Assembly: GCA_965204805.1 (NCBI GenBank)
Contig: OZ242013.1
Location: 2,605,232 to 2,669,231, forward strand
Reading direction: 5' to 3'
DNA length: 64,000 nucleotides
DNA from: Dehalococcoidia bacterium
GTDB taxonomy: Bacteria; Chloroflexota; Dehalococcoidia; Lucifugimonadales; UBA3495
Shown: positions 47,939 through 57,312 of the stretch, piece after piece
Layout of the letters: each line of letters begins with the position of its first letter
How positions within the stretch are numbered: position 1 is the stretch's first letter
Position numbers and translations under genes: made by a program
The notes under the pieces: generated by a model
Told to the model about the DNA's origin: nothing
The model's database searches: none
The model's input: the letters and a program-made list of their open reading frames with translations, nothing else

Positions 47939-49000
47939 ATGCAGAACGGAATCATCCGCGTCGGCCTTATAGGGGCCGGGGCCAACACCCGCCTTCGCCA
48001 CATTCCCGGCTTCCGCGAGCAGCGCGACGTGGACATTGTCGCCGTCGCCAACCGCAGCCGGGAGTCAGGCGAGCGTATCGCCGCCGAGTATGAGATTCCC
48101 AAGGTCTACGACAATTGGGTTGACCTGCTGGACGACGACAGCATAGACGCCGTCTGCGTCGGCACCTGGCCCTATATGCACCGCAACCTGGTGATAGCAT
48201 CACTGGTGGCCGGCAAGCATGTGCTCACCGAGGCCCGCATGGCGATGGACGCCGACGAGGCCCACGAGATGCTGGACGCCAGCCGCCTGCACCCTGACCT
48301 AGTGACGCAGATCGTCCCGGCCCCGCAGACGCTGGAGGTGGACAACACGGTCATCGAGCACGTGGGCAACGGCTACCTGGGCGACATCCTGGCCGTGCGC
48401 CTGCGGGTATGCGACTACCACGGGCGCAGCAACCGCGCCGATACCTTCATAGACACCGAAGCGCCGCTGCACTGGCGGCAGGACCGCACCCTGAGCGGCT
48501 ACAACATCCTGGGCATGGGCATCTGGTACGAGACTGTGATGCGCTACGTCGGCCCGGCCACCAAGGTGTCGGCCATGACCCGCACCTTCGCCAACCGCCG
48601 CCCCGACGAGAAGGGCGTGATGCAGGCTGTCACCGTGCCCGACCACGTGAACGTGCTGGCCGAGATGGGCTGCGGGGCCGCCGCCGATTTCAGTTGGAGC
48701 GCGGTCACCGGACTGCAAACCGGCACCGACTTCTGGATTTTCGGCACCGACGGCACCATCAGCCTGCAGGGCCCACCCTTCAACAAGGTGCTGGGCGGCA
48801 AGCGCGGCGACGAGGCCCTCTCCGAGCTGCCCATTGTGAACCGGGGCAAGTGGCGGGTGGAGGAGGAGTTCATCAACGCCATCCGCGGCGAGGAACCCAT
48901 AACCCACACCCCCTTCGACATCGGCGTACAGTACATGGAGTTCACCGAGGCCGTAACCCGCAGCGCCCAGACAGGCCAGGCGGTGGCCCTGCCGCTTTAG
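47939..49000 (+). CDS. Gfo/Idh/MocA-family oxidoreductase, paralog 1
   Basis: Rossmann 'IRVGLIGAGANTRLRHIPGF' and 'GKHVLTEARMA'. Confidence 0.85.
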   Translation: MQNGIIRVGLIGAGANTRLRHIPGFREQRDVDIVAVANRSRESGERIAAEYEIPKVYDNWVDLLDDDSIDAVCVGTWPYMHRNLVIASLVAGKHVLTEARMAMDADEAHEMLDASRLHPDLVTQIVPAPQTLEVDNTVIEHVGNGYLGDILAVRLRVCDYHGRSNRADTFIDTEAPLHWRQDRTLSGYNILGMGIWYETVMRYVGPATKVSAMTRTFANRRPDEKGVMQAVTVPDHVNVLAEMGCGAAADFSWSAVTGLQTGTDFWIFGTDGTISLQGPPFNKVLGGKRGDEALSELPIVNRGKWRVEEEFINAIRGEEPITHTPFDIGVQYMEFTEAVTRSAQTGQAVALPL

Positions 49001-49012
49001 GAGAAGCATCAG

Positions 49013-49369
49013 ATGGGAGAGTTTTATTGGCGCGTCGGTGTCTGGAGCGCCGACGGCGAGCGCATGGGAACTGTTGATGCGCTGGTAGACACCGGCGCGT
49101 CGTACTCGCTGTTCCCGCGAAGCATGCTTGAACGGTTGGGTATTGTTCCTATCGGACAGCGCGGGTTCGAGCAGGCCGATGGCAGTGTAATCTACCGCGA
49201 TATTGGCCGGGCAATGTTGCGGATTAACGACGACGAAGATGTTCAGAGGGTGATATTCGGCGAAGATGATGCCGAACCCCTTATAGGAGCGGGAACCCTG
49301 CAAGGGTTTCTGCTGCTGGTAGACCCGGTAGCAGAGGAGCTGGTGCCGCGGACGGGCAGGCTGAAGTAA
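49013..49369 (+). CDS. single-domain retropepsin-like aspartic protease, copy 1
   Basis: 'MGEFYWRVGV...VDALVDTGASYSLFP...PLIGAGTLQGFLLLVDP' carries the D-T-G-A catalytic motif; 118 aa. Confidence 0.7.
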   Translation: MGEFYWRVGVWSADGERMGTVDALVDTGASYSLFPRSMLERLGIVPIGQRGFEQADGSVIYRDIGRAMLRINDDEDVQRVIFGEDDAEPLIGAGTLQGFLLLVDPVAEELVPRTGRLK

Positions 49370-49386
49370 TGAAGGAAAGGGAGCAG

Positions 49387-49785
49387 ATGGGAACTTTCCA
49401 CCATGAAATGCAGATTTTCAGCGCGAACGGGGATAGATCCGAGATGGTGGATGCCCTAGTTGATACTGGCGCGTCATATTCTCAGATTCCCGCTTCCGTA
49501 CTGCAACGCTTGGGAATTCTGCCCACTGACACAGTGGAAGCTGTATTGGCAGACGGCCGGGTGGTTGAGGACCTTGCCGCCGAAATTCGGGTTCGGATTG
49601 ACGGGCTTGAAACGTTTACATGGGTTACATTCGGGCCTGAGAACGTCGCTTCACTTATGGGAGCTCATGCTTTGGAAGGAGTGAGGCTTGCGGTTGATCC
49701 GCTGCGCCGTCTCTTGGTGCCCACCCGGATATTGCGAATGCGGAACGAACAAATAGATGATTTAACCGGGCAGTCTGGACAATAA
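49387..49785 (+). CDS. single-domain retropepsin-like aspartic protease, copy 2
   Basis: 'MGTFHHEMQIF...VDALVDTGASYSQIP...SLMGAHALEGVRLAVDP'. An ATG at 49369 is an alternative start. Confidence 0.7.
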   Translation: MGTFHHEMQIFSANGDRSEMVDALVDTGASYSQIPASVLQRLGILPTDTVEAVLADGRVVEDLAAEIRVRIDGLETFTWVTFGPENVASLMGAHALEGVRLAVDPLRRLLVPTRILRMRNEQIDDLTGQSGQ

Positions 49786-49817
49786 TGCGGCAACAACTGG
49801 GAAAGCGAGGAATGACC

Positions 49818-50173
49818 ATGGGAACCTTCTACTGGCCGGTAGAGGTAGGCAGCATGGATGGCAATACCTTCGAGATCGTAGATGCGATGGTGGACACCGG
49901 AGCTTTCTATACCAATCTGCCGGCCAGTCAGCTCCGCCGCATCGGCGTAGTTCCCAGCCGTCGCAGGCGGTTCAGGCTGGGCGACGGGAGAATTGTCGAG
50001 CGTGAAACCGGGCCGGCCATTGTTCGCGTTGCCGGAGAGGAAACGTATACAATCGTTGTGTTCGGCGAAGAGGACACGCGCCCCTCTTGGGCGCATATAC
50101 CCTGGAGGGAGCCGCCTTGGTGGTAGACCCGCAAGGACAACTTCTGGCTCCTGCCGATAATTTGATGCTGTAG
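49818..50173 (+). pseudogene. retropepsin-like aspartic protease, copy 3, frameshifted at a C4 run
   Basis: 'MGTFYWPVEV...VDAMVDTGAFYTNLP...VVFGEEDTR' is followed, after CCCC 50081..50084, by the family C-terminus 'PLLGAYTLEGAALVVDPQGQLLAP' in the -1 frame (stop 50171..50173). Confidence 0.6.
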
Positions 50174-50249
50174 CGCAACGCAAATGCGGCATGGCGCACA
50201 GCGATGTTCATTAGCACTATCAGCGCAAACTCGTGAATGGAGAAACAAC

Positions 50250-51287
50250 ATGGCTGACGAAGGCATACGAATCGGGCTTATCGGCGCGGGGCGGAACACC
50301 CGCGACCGGCACATCCCCGGGTTCCACGATGTTGACGGGGTGGAGATTGTGGCGGTGGCCAACCGCTCCCGCGAGTCGGGGCAGGTGGTGGCCGACCAGT
50401 TCAACATCCCCGCGGTCTACGACAGTTGGCAGGAGCTGCTGGAAGACGAGTCCATCAACGCCGTCTGCATCGGCACCTGGCCGTATATGCACCGAACCCT
50501 GACCATCGCCGCGCTGGAAGCGGGCAAGCACGTCCTGACCGAGGCTCGCATGGCGTCGTCGGCCGCCGAGGCGCGGGAGATGCTGGACGCTTCTCGGTCC
50601 CGCCCCGGCCTGGTCACCCAGATTGTGCCGTCTCCCCTGACCTTCAAGGTGGACAATTTGTTGACGCAGAAGATTGCCGAGGGGTACGTGGGCGACGTGC
50701 TGGCGGTGTCGGTGCAATCGCTGACGCCGGGGTTCGCCGACACCGGCGGGCCGATGCACTGGCGCAACGACCGCGACCTCAGCGGCTACAACATCCTCAA
50801 CATGGGCATCTGGTACGAGGCGATGATTCGCTGGGTCGGCCCGGCGACGCGGGTGATGGCCAACACCAAGGTCAACGTGAGGCAGCGCCGCGACGAGGAC
50901 GGGCAGCCGGTTCCGGTGACCATCCCCGACCACGTGGACATTCTGGCCGACCTGGCGTCCGGGGCGCAGGCCAATATGCGGTTCAGCGCGGTGACCGGGT
51001 TCGGCCCCGGCAACGAGGTCTGGATTTACGGCAGCGAGGGTACGCTGCGCGTGGACCCGGCCCTGAACGTCTACGGCGGGCAGCGGGGTGACAGCGCGAT
51101 GACCGAGATACCCAACCCGCCCGAAGGCCAGGCCTACTGGCGCGTGGAGGAGGAGTTCTGTAGCGCGATTCGCGGGCAGGAGCGCATCACCCGCACTCCC
51201 TTCGACGTGGGCGTTCACTACATGGAGTTCACGGAGGCCGTAACCCGCAGCTCCCAGACTCGGCAGGTGGTGTCGCTGCCGCTGTAA
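50250..51287 (+). CDS. Gfo/Idh/MocA-family oxidoreductase, paralog 2
   Basis: 'MADEGIRIGLIGAGRNTRDRHIPGF...GKHVLTEARMA', collinear with 47939..49000. Confidence 0.85.
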   Translation: MADEGIRIGLIGAGRNTRDRHIPGFHDVDGVEIVAVANRSRESGQVVADQFNIPAVYDSWQELLEDESINAVCIGTWPYMHRTLTIAALEAGKHVLTEARMASSAAEAREMLDASRSRPGLVTQIVPSPLTFKVDNLLTQKIAEGYVGDVLAVSVQSLTPGFADTGGPMHWRNDRDLSGYNILNMGIWYEAMIRWVGPATRVMANTKVNVRQRRDEDGQPVPVTIPDHVDILADLASGAQANMRFSAVTGFGPGNEVWIYGSEGTLRVDPALNVYGGQRGDSAMTEIPNPPEGQAYWRVEEEFCSAIRGQERITRTPFDVGVHYMEFTEAVTRSSQTRQVVSLPL

Positions 51288-51345
51288 CATAGACGCAATC
51301 GCGCTTGTGTTAAACTGGCGCCGAACCGGGATCAAAGGGGGCATC

Positions 51346-51711
51346 ATGGGGCTGTTTACTTGGCCTTTCGAGATTGGAAACCTCAGCGGCGACAACTTTG
51401 AGTGGGTGGAGGGCCTGGTGGATACCGGGGCGACCTACAGCTTAGTGTCGGCCGCCGTTCTCTACCAGTTGGGGGTTGAACCGACGGAAACTATAGAGTT
51501 CGACCTAGCCGATGGCAGCACTATTGAAAGGAAAGTTGGCGACGCACGGGCCCGGGTGGAAGGGAAAGAAGTTATAACGGCTGTCATTTTTGGAGAGGAA
51601 GGTGATTCGGCGCTGCTGGGGGTTTACACTCTGGAACGGACCGGGCTGGGTGTTGACCCTTTCGGGCAACGTCTGATTCCGGTTCGCGCTTCGCTAAAAC
51701 AGATTTCATAA
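51346..51711 (+). CDS. single-domain retropepsin-like aspartic protease, copy 4
   Basis: 'MGLFTWPFEI...VEGLVDTGATYSLVS...ALLGVYTLERTGLGVDP'. Confidence 0.7.
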   Translation: MGLFTWPFEIGNLSGDNFEWVEGLVDTGATYSLVSAAVLYQLGVEPTETIEFDLADGSTIERKVGDARARVEGKEVITAVIFGEEGDSALLGVYTLERTGLGVDPFGQRLIPVRASLKQIS

Positions 51712-51724
51712 TACTCCGAATGAG

Positions 51725-52957
51725 ATGCTTACCTTGACCGATGACGCCACGTTCCCGCCGCCGATAACTCATGGCCCGCTGGACGGGGTGAAGGTGCTGG
51801 ACCTGAGCGAGGACATCGCCGGGTCTTTCTGCGCCCGCCTGCTGGCCGACTACGGGGCCGAGGTGCTGAAGCTGGAGCCGCCCGCCGGGGCCGCCCTGCG
51901 GCGGATGCCGCCCTTCTTCGACGACGATCCGCACCCGGAGAAGAGCCTGTTCTTCCTGGCTATGAACCTGAACAAGAAGTCTGCGACGCTGAACCTGAAG
52001 ACCGCCGCCGGGAGAGAGTTGTTCCGGGAGCTGATTCCTCATGTGGACGTAGTGGTGGAGAGCTACCGGCCGGGGTATCTGGCTGACCTGGAACTGGGAT
52101 ACAAGGCGCTTGAAGCCATCAACCCCGGGCTGGTAATGACTTCTATCACTCCCTTCGGGCAGACGGGTCCTTATAGCCAGTATGCCGGAGAGGAGATAGT
52201 CAACTACGCCATGGGGCTGATTATGAGCATCAGCGGGCTACAGGACCGCGAGCCGCTGAAGCATGGCGGGTTCCAGGCGCAGTACGAGGGCGGACTGAAC
52301 GGCGCGGCGGCCACGGCCATGGCCCTGTTCATGCAGGGCAACACCGGCGAGGGGCAGCATATCGACGTGTCGGTCACCGAGTGCGTGGCCTCGACGATGA
52401 TGGCGACCCAGTCCATGTATCCCTTCATCGGGGGGACACAGCCACGGCGACGGCCTTCGGGCAGCAACTTCGGGCATCCGATGGCGTGCAAGGACGGCTG
52501 GATCATCGTGCAGACCGGCGGCGGAGCAACCTGGGAGACCATCGCCAACTTCTTCCGCGACCCTCGGCTGCACGAGGAGCGGTTCACCGACACCGCGCAG
52601 CGCAACCGCAACGGCGAGGAGCTGGACCGCATCGTGCTGGAGTCCATCGGCGAGCGGGGGAAGTGGGAGCTGTTCACCGAGGCGGCCACCTCGCGGATGC
52701 TTTTCGGTCTGGTGCAGACGCCGTCGGAGCTGGCCGAGTGCCCGCAGCTTGAGTCGCGGGACTTCTACCGGGAGATTGAGCATCCGGTCATCGGGAAGAT
52801 CAAGGTGCCGGCGGTTCTGTTCAACCTCTCCCTTACGCCCTACCAGTATGTTGGCCCGGCCCCGACGCTGGGCCAGCACAACCGCGAGATATACGTGGAC
52901 GGCCTGGGCCTCACTCCCAAGGACCTGACCGTGCTTCGGCAGACGGATGCTATCTGA
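51725..52957 (+). CDS. CaiB/BaiF family III CoA-transferase
   Basis: 'GPLDGVKVLDLSEDIAGSFCARLLADYGAEVLKLEPP'. Confidence 0.85.
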   Translation: MLTLTDDATFPPPITHGPLDGVKVLDLSEDIAGSFCARLLADYGAEVLKLEPPAGAALRRMPPFFDDDPHPEKSLFFLAMNLNKKSATLNLKTAAGRELFRELIPHVDVVVESYRPGYLADLELGYKALEAINPGLVMTSITPFGQTGPYSQYAGEEIVNYAMGLIMSISGLQDREPLKHGGFQAQYEGGLNGAAATAMALFMQGNTGEGQHIDVSVTECVASTMMATQSMYPFIGGTQPRRRPSGSNFGHPMACKDGWIIVQTGGGATWETIANFFRDPRLHEERFTDTAQRNRNGEELDRIVLESIGERGKWELFTEAATSRMLFGLVQTPSELAECPQLESRDFYREIEHPVIGKIKVPAVLFNLSLTPYQYVGPAPTLGQHNREIYVDGLGLTPKDLTVLRQTDAI

Positions 52958-52958
52958 T

Positions 52959-54377
52959 ATGACCGCTTCTGACTCACACGCTCACCCCCACCCTGACCCT
53001 CCCCCTGAGGGGGAGGGGAATGGCAGGCTGCCGCTGGAAGGCATCAGGGTGCTGGACTCGACCTATGTGTTTGCGCTGCCATATGCCGGTGGGCTGCTGG
53101 CGGATATGGGAGCGGAGGTTATCAAGCTGGAGGGGCCGGGGCGGCCCGACGTGACCCGCACCGGTGGCTACTTCGGCGTCTTCGCCGAGAACGACCCGGG
53201 CGAGGACTGGTGGAACCGTCCTTCGACTTACAACCTGATCCACCGGGGCAAGCAGTCCATCACTCTGGACATGACCGACGAGCGTGGGCGGGACCTGTTC
53301 CGGGAGCTGGTGATAGTCTCCGACGTGGTGATGGAGAACTTCACGCCGCGGGTGATGCGGAGCTGGGGGCTGGACTACCCCAATATGCGTAAGCTGCGGC
53401 CCGATGTCATCCTGGTGTCCAACACGGGCTACGGCCACGGCGGCGGCCCGTACTCCAGCTACCCGGCGCAGGCTACGACACAGGAGGCGACCCACGGGCA
53501 CTGCTGGGTCACCGGATATCCCGGCGATGGGCCGGCCAAGGCCGGGGCGTCCTTCGTGGACTTCCTTTCGACGTGGACGGCGCTGTTCGCCATCGGGGCG
53601 GCGCTGCGCTACCGCGCCCGCACCGGGCTGGGGCAGTGGGTGGACATGGGTATGTACCAATCAGGAGTGATGTTCCTGTCGGAGTACATCTTGGACGCCA
53701 TCGCCAACGGGCGTGAGGGCGGCCGCATCGGCAACCGGCACCCGTGGCGGGCGCCGCAAGGATGCTACCCGGCGGCGGGCGATGACCAGTGGGTCACGCT
53801 GTCGGTGGGCGACGACGCCCAGTGGCGGTCGCTATGTCAAGTGATGGGCCAGCCGGAACTGGTGTCGGACCCGCGCTTCAACACCGTTGGGGGCCGTCGC
53901 AGCAACCACGACGCTCTGGACGAGACAATATCGGCCTGGACGATGACGCGAGACCGGTACGACACGATGCACGCGCTACAGGCGGAGGGCATCCCGTCGG
54001 GGCCAGTGCTGACCGGGCGGGACGTCCACTATGACCCGCACTACAAGGGCCGCAACTTCCTGGAGCGGGTGCAGTACCCGCCGGAGCGCAAGCTGGGCGA
54101 GCGGATGTTCCTGAGCCGCCCGTACAAGTTCTCCAAGAGTCCGCTGCGCATCCAGGGGCCGTCGCCGGCCTTCGGTGAGCATAACGGGCCGGCCCTGAAA
54201 GACCTGCTGGGCGTGCCTGAGGCGACATACCAGCAACTGGTGGAGGACGTAATCATCACCACGGTGCCGACCTCCGGAGAGCCTTCGCCGGTGGTGCTAC
54301 AGCCGGAGGCCCTGGAGCGCGGCACCATCGCGGCCTGGGATCCCGACTACCTCGAGCGCCTGGGGCTGGACGGGTAG
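52959..54377 (+). CDS. CaiB/BaiF family III CoA-transferase, second copy, with a REP-derived N-terminal peptide
   Basis: 'MTASDSHAHPHPDPPPEGEGNGRLPLEGIRVLDSTYVFALPYAGGLLADMGAEVIKLEGP'. An ATG at 52947 is an alternative start. Confidence 0.85.
   Translation: MTASDSHAHPHPDPPPEGEGNGRLPLEGIRVLDSTYVFALPYAGGLLADMGAEVIKLEGPGRPDVTRTGGYFGVFAENDPGEDWWNRPSTYNLIHRGKQSITLDMTDERGRDLFRELVIVSDVVMENFTPRVMRSWGLDYPNMRKLRPDVILVSNTGYGHGGGPYSSYPAQATTQEATHGHCWVTGYPGDGPAKAGASFVDFLSTWTALFAIGAALRYRARTGLGQWVDMGMYQSGVMFLSEYILDAIANGREGGRIGNRHPWRAPQGCYPAAGDDQWVTLSVGDDAQWRSLCQVMGQPELVSDPRFNTVGGRRSNHDALDETISAWTMTRDRYDTMHALQAEGIPSGPVLTGRDVHYDPHYKGRNFLERVQYPPERKLGERMFLSRPYKFSKSPLRIQGPSPAFGEHNGPALKDLLGVPEATYQQLVEDVIITTVPTSGEPSPVVLQPEALERGTIAAWDPDYLERLGLDG
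52982..53019. repeat. REP-like element family 1, copy I, inside the CoA-transferase 5' coding region
   Basis: CTCACCCCCACCCTGACCCTCCCCCTGAGGGGGAGGGG, read as AHPHPDPPPEGEG. Confidence 0.75.
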
Positions 54378-54409
54378 GCCGCGCTTCCCGTGGTCGAAGG
54401 GGTACAACC

Positions 54410-54724
54410 ATGATAGTCAGCAACACAGAGACCGTGCCCGGACGCGAGATCGCCGAGATCCTCGGACTGGTTACCGGGAACATTGTGCAGGCCAGGAACA
54501 TCGGCCGGGATATCCAGGCGGGACTGCGAAGCGTAGTCGGCGGCAACGTCGGGGTCTATACCGAGATGCTGGCCACGGCCCGCGCCGAGGCAACGCAACT
54601 GATGGTCCAGGATGCCGAGAAGCTCAACGCCGACGCCGTGGTCAACGTGCGCTACACCACCAGCGCCATCAGCCAGGGCATGTCGGAAATCCTGGCGTAT
54701 GGGACGGCGGTCAGATTCCGGTAA
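54410..54724 (+). CDS. ybjQ: YbjQ/UPF0145 family protein
   Basis: 'ETVPGREIAEILGLVTGNIVQARNIGRDIQAGLRSVVGG...ADAVVNVRY'. Confidence 0.85.
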   Translation: MIVSNTETVPGREIAEILGLVTGNIVQARNIGRDIQAGLRSVVGGNVGVYTEMLATARAEATQLMVQDAEKLNADAVVNVRYTTSAISQGMSEILAYGTAVRFR

Positions 54725-54793
54725 GCGCACAGGCCACCCGGCCCGGCCAAAGCCACGCCCTTTCCTTGACACCGCAAAAGGGCGGGGCATAAG

Positions 54794-55093
54794 CTAGAAG
54801 TGCAGGGGGCCATGTTGAATGCCCCTCCGCAGGACGTCGATGATTCCGCGGTTCCCTATCTCCCGCTTGAGGCGGTCTAGGAATCGATTGCGGGCCGGGC
54901 TGTCGGCGTCTAAGGATAGTGCAGTTGCGGTCTCGGGCTGGGTGGCTTGGAGAAAGGTGGAAAGGTGGCTCAGGTCTACGCCTTGGGATCGCAGGTAGTC
55001 CTGCGGGTTTCCGGGGAGCCACCCGTTGGTGGTCAGGGATTTGGCGATCAGGGTCTCAAGGCCCTTCTCGGTCGTGTCGGTGACCATGCTCAT
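54794..55093 (-). pseudogene. hsdR: type I restriction enzyme R subunit, N-terminal 99-aa fragment
   Basis: 'TEKGLETLIAKSLTTNGWLPGNPQDY...LSTFLQATQPE...FLDRLKREIGNRGIIDVLRRGIQHGPLHF*' is a typical HsdR N-terminus. The helicase and nuclease body is absent. Confidence 0.65.
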
Positions 55094-55234
55094 TTCCTCT
55101 GGGATCGTTGCCTGCGGTATTGTCTTCTATATCTTCCTGGCAGTCGGGGGGCAGGTCAACCTCCGGTTGCAACCTTTCCAGTTTGATGCGGATGACCCCT
55201 GATAGGCTCCCTTCTTTGTCGTCTGAACTCGGCT

Positions 55235-55768
55235 CTACGCTTTGGCTACTTCCTCAGAAATTGCTTCTTTCAGGATGCGGAGGCACTCCTCTCCATTGGA
55301 ACTTCTCTTATATTGCCTCTTTTGCTTGTGGCTTGAAAGGCTGCGAGGTACATGTTTCTTCTCCCAAGGAAAGCTCAGGTCTGACATAAAACCACCGTGC
55401 TGAGCTACGGTCAGTGTGTCACCTAGGAAAGCCTCATAATCCATGAGCAACTTGTGTAGTTTCTTCGGCAAGTACGGCTTTTGGCGTTCGTCTTCTTGCC
55501 AGAAGATAGCAGACTGTTGATGGAAGTCATCACTCTGAGTCCTTTTTATGGGGAAGTTTTCCCTGATGAGTTTCTTGTTTTTCTCGTAGTCGTCATTATT
55601 CTTGTCTTGGTATGTAAATAGTCTGGCCTCAAGGGGTAGTGCTCTTTCGATGTCCAAAGTTACTTGCCACATCGCTTTCGCGGCTTCGCTTCTATTCTTA
55701 CCCCTCGTTTCTTTGGAAGAGGGAGTTATTGAAAAACCGAAGATTGAAATGGGGAATATGCTGAACAT
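55235..55768 (-). CDS. hypothetical protein (AT-rich, between the hsdS and hsdR remnants)
   Basis: 177-aa Lys/Glu-rich ORF with no recognisable motif. An internal Met ('MWQVTLDIERAL') is an alternative start. Confidence 0.3.
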   Translation of the reverse strand: MFSIFPISIFGFSITPSSKETRGKNRSEAAKAMWQVTLDIERALPLEARLFTYQDKNNDDYEKNKKLIRENFPIKRTQSDDFHQQSAIFWQEDERQKPYLPKKLHKLLMDYEAFLGDTLTVAQHGGFMSDLSFPWEKKHVPRSLSSHKQKRQYKRSSNGEECLRILKEAISEEVAKA

Positions 55769-55785
55769 CTAAGCACCCATCTGGC

Positions 55786-57103
55786 TCATTGAACATCCAA
55801 TTTCCCGGTGACTACGTCGGCAATTAACCGGGTTCGGTATTCCTCCATGAGTTCGATCTGGTTGCGCGTTCGTAAGATAGCTTCTGAGGTCTTCTTGGTC
55901 GCCCTTGTCAACTCTGTGAGCAGTTCTCTCTGCTCCGTGATAGGTGGAAGCGTGACTGCTATCCGCTCCATGGCATTCATTGCTAGGTTTGGCTGAGTAC
56001 CGTAGGACCAATGGTCCTCAACTTGCTGTTGCACATAGCCAGCTTGTAGGGCCACGAAGAGGAGGCCGGGAAGCACTTTCTGTGGGTCGACGCGAATCAG
56101 TGCTAGTGGGGACCACACGCTGAACTCATCGGCAGTGTCTACTATGACAACTTTCCCGGTTGTTGCCCCGGATTTGCACATGAAGATGTCATCAATCTGG
56201 GGGCGACCTTACGGCAATAGATTTCGTGCTGCTCTCGTGAAATCAACCCTCGACGTCGGTTGAAATCCAAATGTCCTCCCACCATAGATTCTGCCGACAT
56301 GAAAGGGATTCCGCGGTCAAGAAAGTCTGGAGATTCGTGAGGTCCGTCGGTTATCTTCGTTGAGACCCACCTCTTTAACGGTCGTATCTCCCAGTGTTCC
56401 GGCACGTCGCCCAGCCACTCACGCCAGAGGGCTTCAATTTCACGTTGGCGTTAAGGCCCCGGGTTACGGCTTGGTGGATGATAGCCTGCCGCTCCTCCTC
56501 CAGCAGGGCGATGAGCCTCTCCTTGGCGCTCACGTAGGCCCGGATGCGCTGGTCGGCGTCGTCCAGGTAGCGGACTATGGCGGCCTGCTCGGCTAGGGGC
56601 GGGACACAGACCTGTAGGGACCCGAATCGGCTTTCCGCAATAGCGGGGTATGCTATGCCAACGGATTCGGCAGTCACCATATCAGTGAATATGTTGCTCT
56701 GAACCACGTAGCTCACGAACTTGGAAATGGTCTCTTCCTGTGGCGTCAGCACTGCGAAACCCGTTGAGCATATCAAGTCTCTGATAGTCTTGTCGGCAAA
56801 CCATACGGCCTTTAGGTAGGTTCGCACGGTTGAAATGATAGTGTCCCCATTCTTGACAACTCGCCTGGCCCTCGACGGAGCATCAGAGAAACGGATTCTG
56901 TCGGGTTCTTGTATCAGTTCGCCATTGTCTATTGCGCCGATTTCCAAGTATGGAAACTCAAATTCCGGGTCGGTTGTCTCCGGCAAGACGGATTCGTTTA
57001 TGCCTACCCAATGCTTCAGTCGCCTCACATCCCAATGCCACGGCACGTCGCCGAGCCAGGGGACGCCGGAGGGCTTGTAGGCAGGGTATGAGTATAGGCC
57101 CAT
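55786..57103 (-). pseudogene. hsdS: type I restriction specificity subunit split into three frames
   Basis: TRD1 plus the central helix lies in 56375..57103 ('...PPLAEQAAIVRYLDDADQRIRAYVSAKERLIALLEEERQAIIHQAV'). TRD2 is split over 56142..56405 ('PEHWEIRPLKRWV...') and 55786..56181 ('MCKSGATTGKVVIV...LPPITEQRELLTEL...LIADVVTGKLDV'). The junctions are near 56418..56425 and at the G5 run 56200..56204. Confidence 0.75.
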
Positions 57104-57312
57104 AGTTGTGTCTCCGAATCAGTCGGCAAGAATCTGGTCAAGCACTGCCTTCATTCCAATGGGTTGGTAATTGGCATTCAGCATTTGACTAATAACCAAC
57201 TCGCGAAAGTATTCGTACCTCATGCCAGGGAGGTACAGCCCCGCAAATTCTCGCAAGATGTCCCGTCCGCGGAAGTGTTTCCGCCAATCCTCTGTAGCTA
57301 AAGCCGTACTAA

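Noticed and set aside
55095-55115. A 9-nt match (CTGGGATCG) to the reverse complement of the tRNA T-arm, considered as an att-like island boundary.
   Set aside because: It is too short, in the wrong orientation, and not at the observed composition or annotation boundary. It is most likely chance.
57104-57312. An open frame upstream of hsdS ending '...GRDILREFAGLYLPGMRYEYFRELVISQMLNANYQPIGMKAVLDQILAD*', considered as a possible HsdM C-terminus cut by the IS.
   Set aside because: Reconstructing the pre-insertion sequence shows that the frame opens just after a TAA only ~20 codons upstream of the IS site. No methyltransferase motif is present, so it cannot be called.
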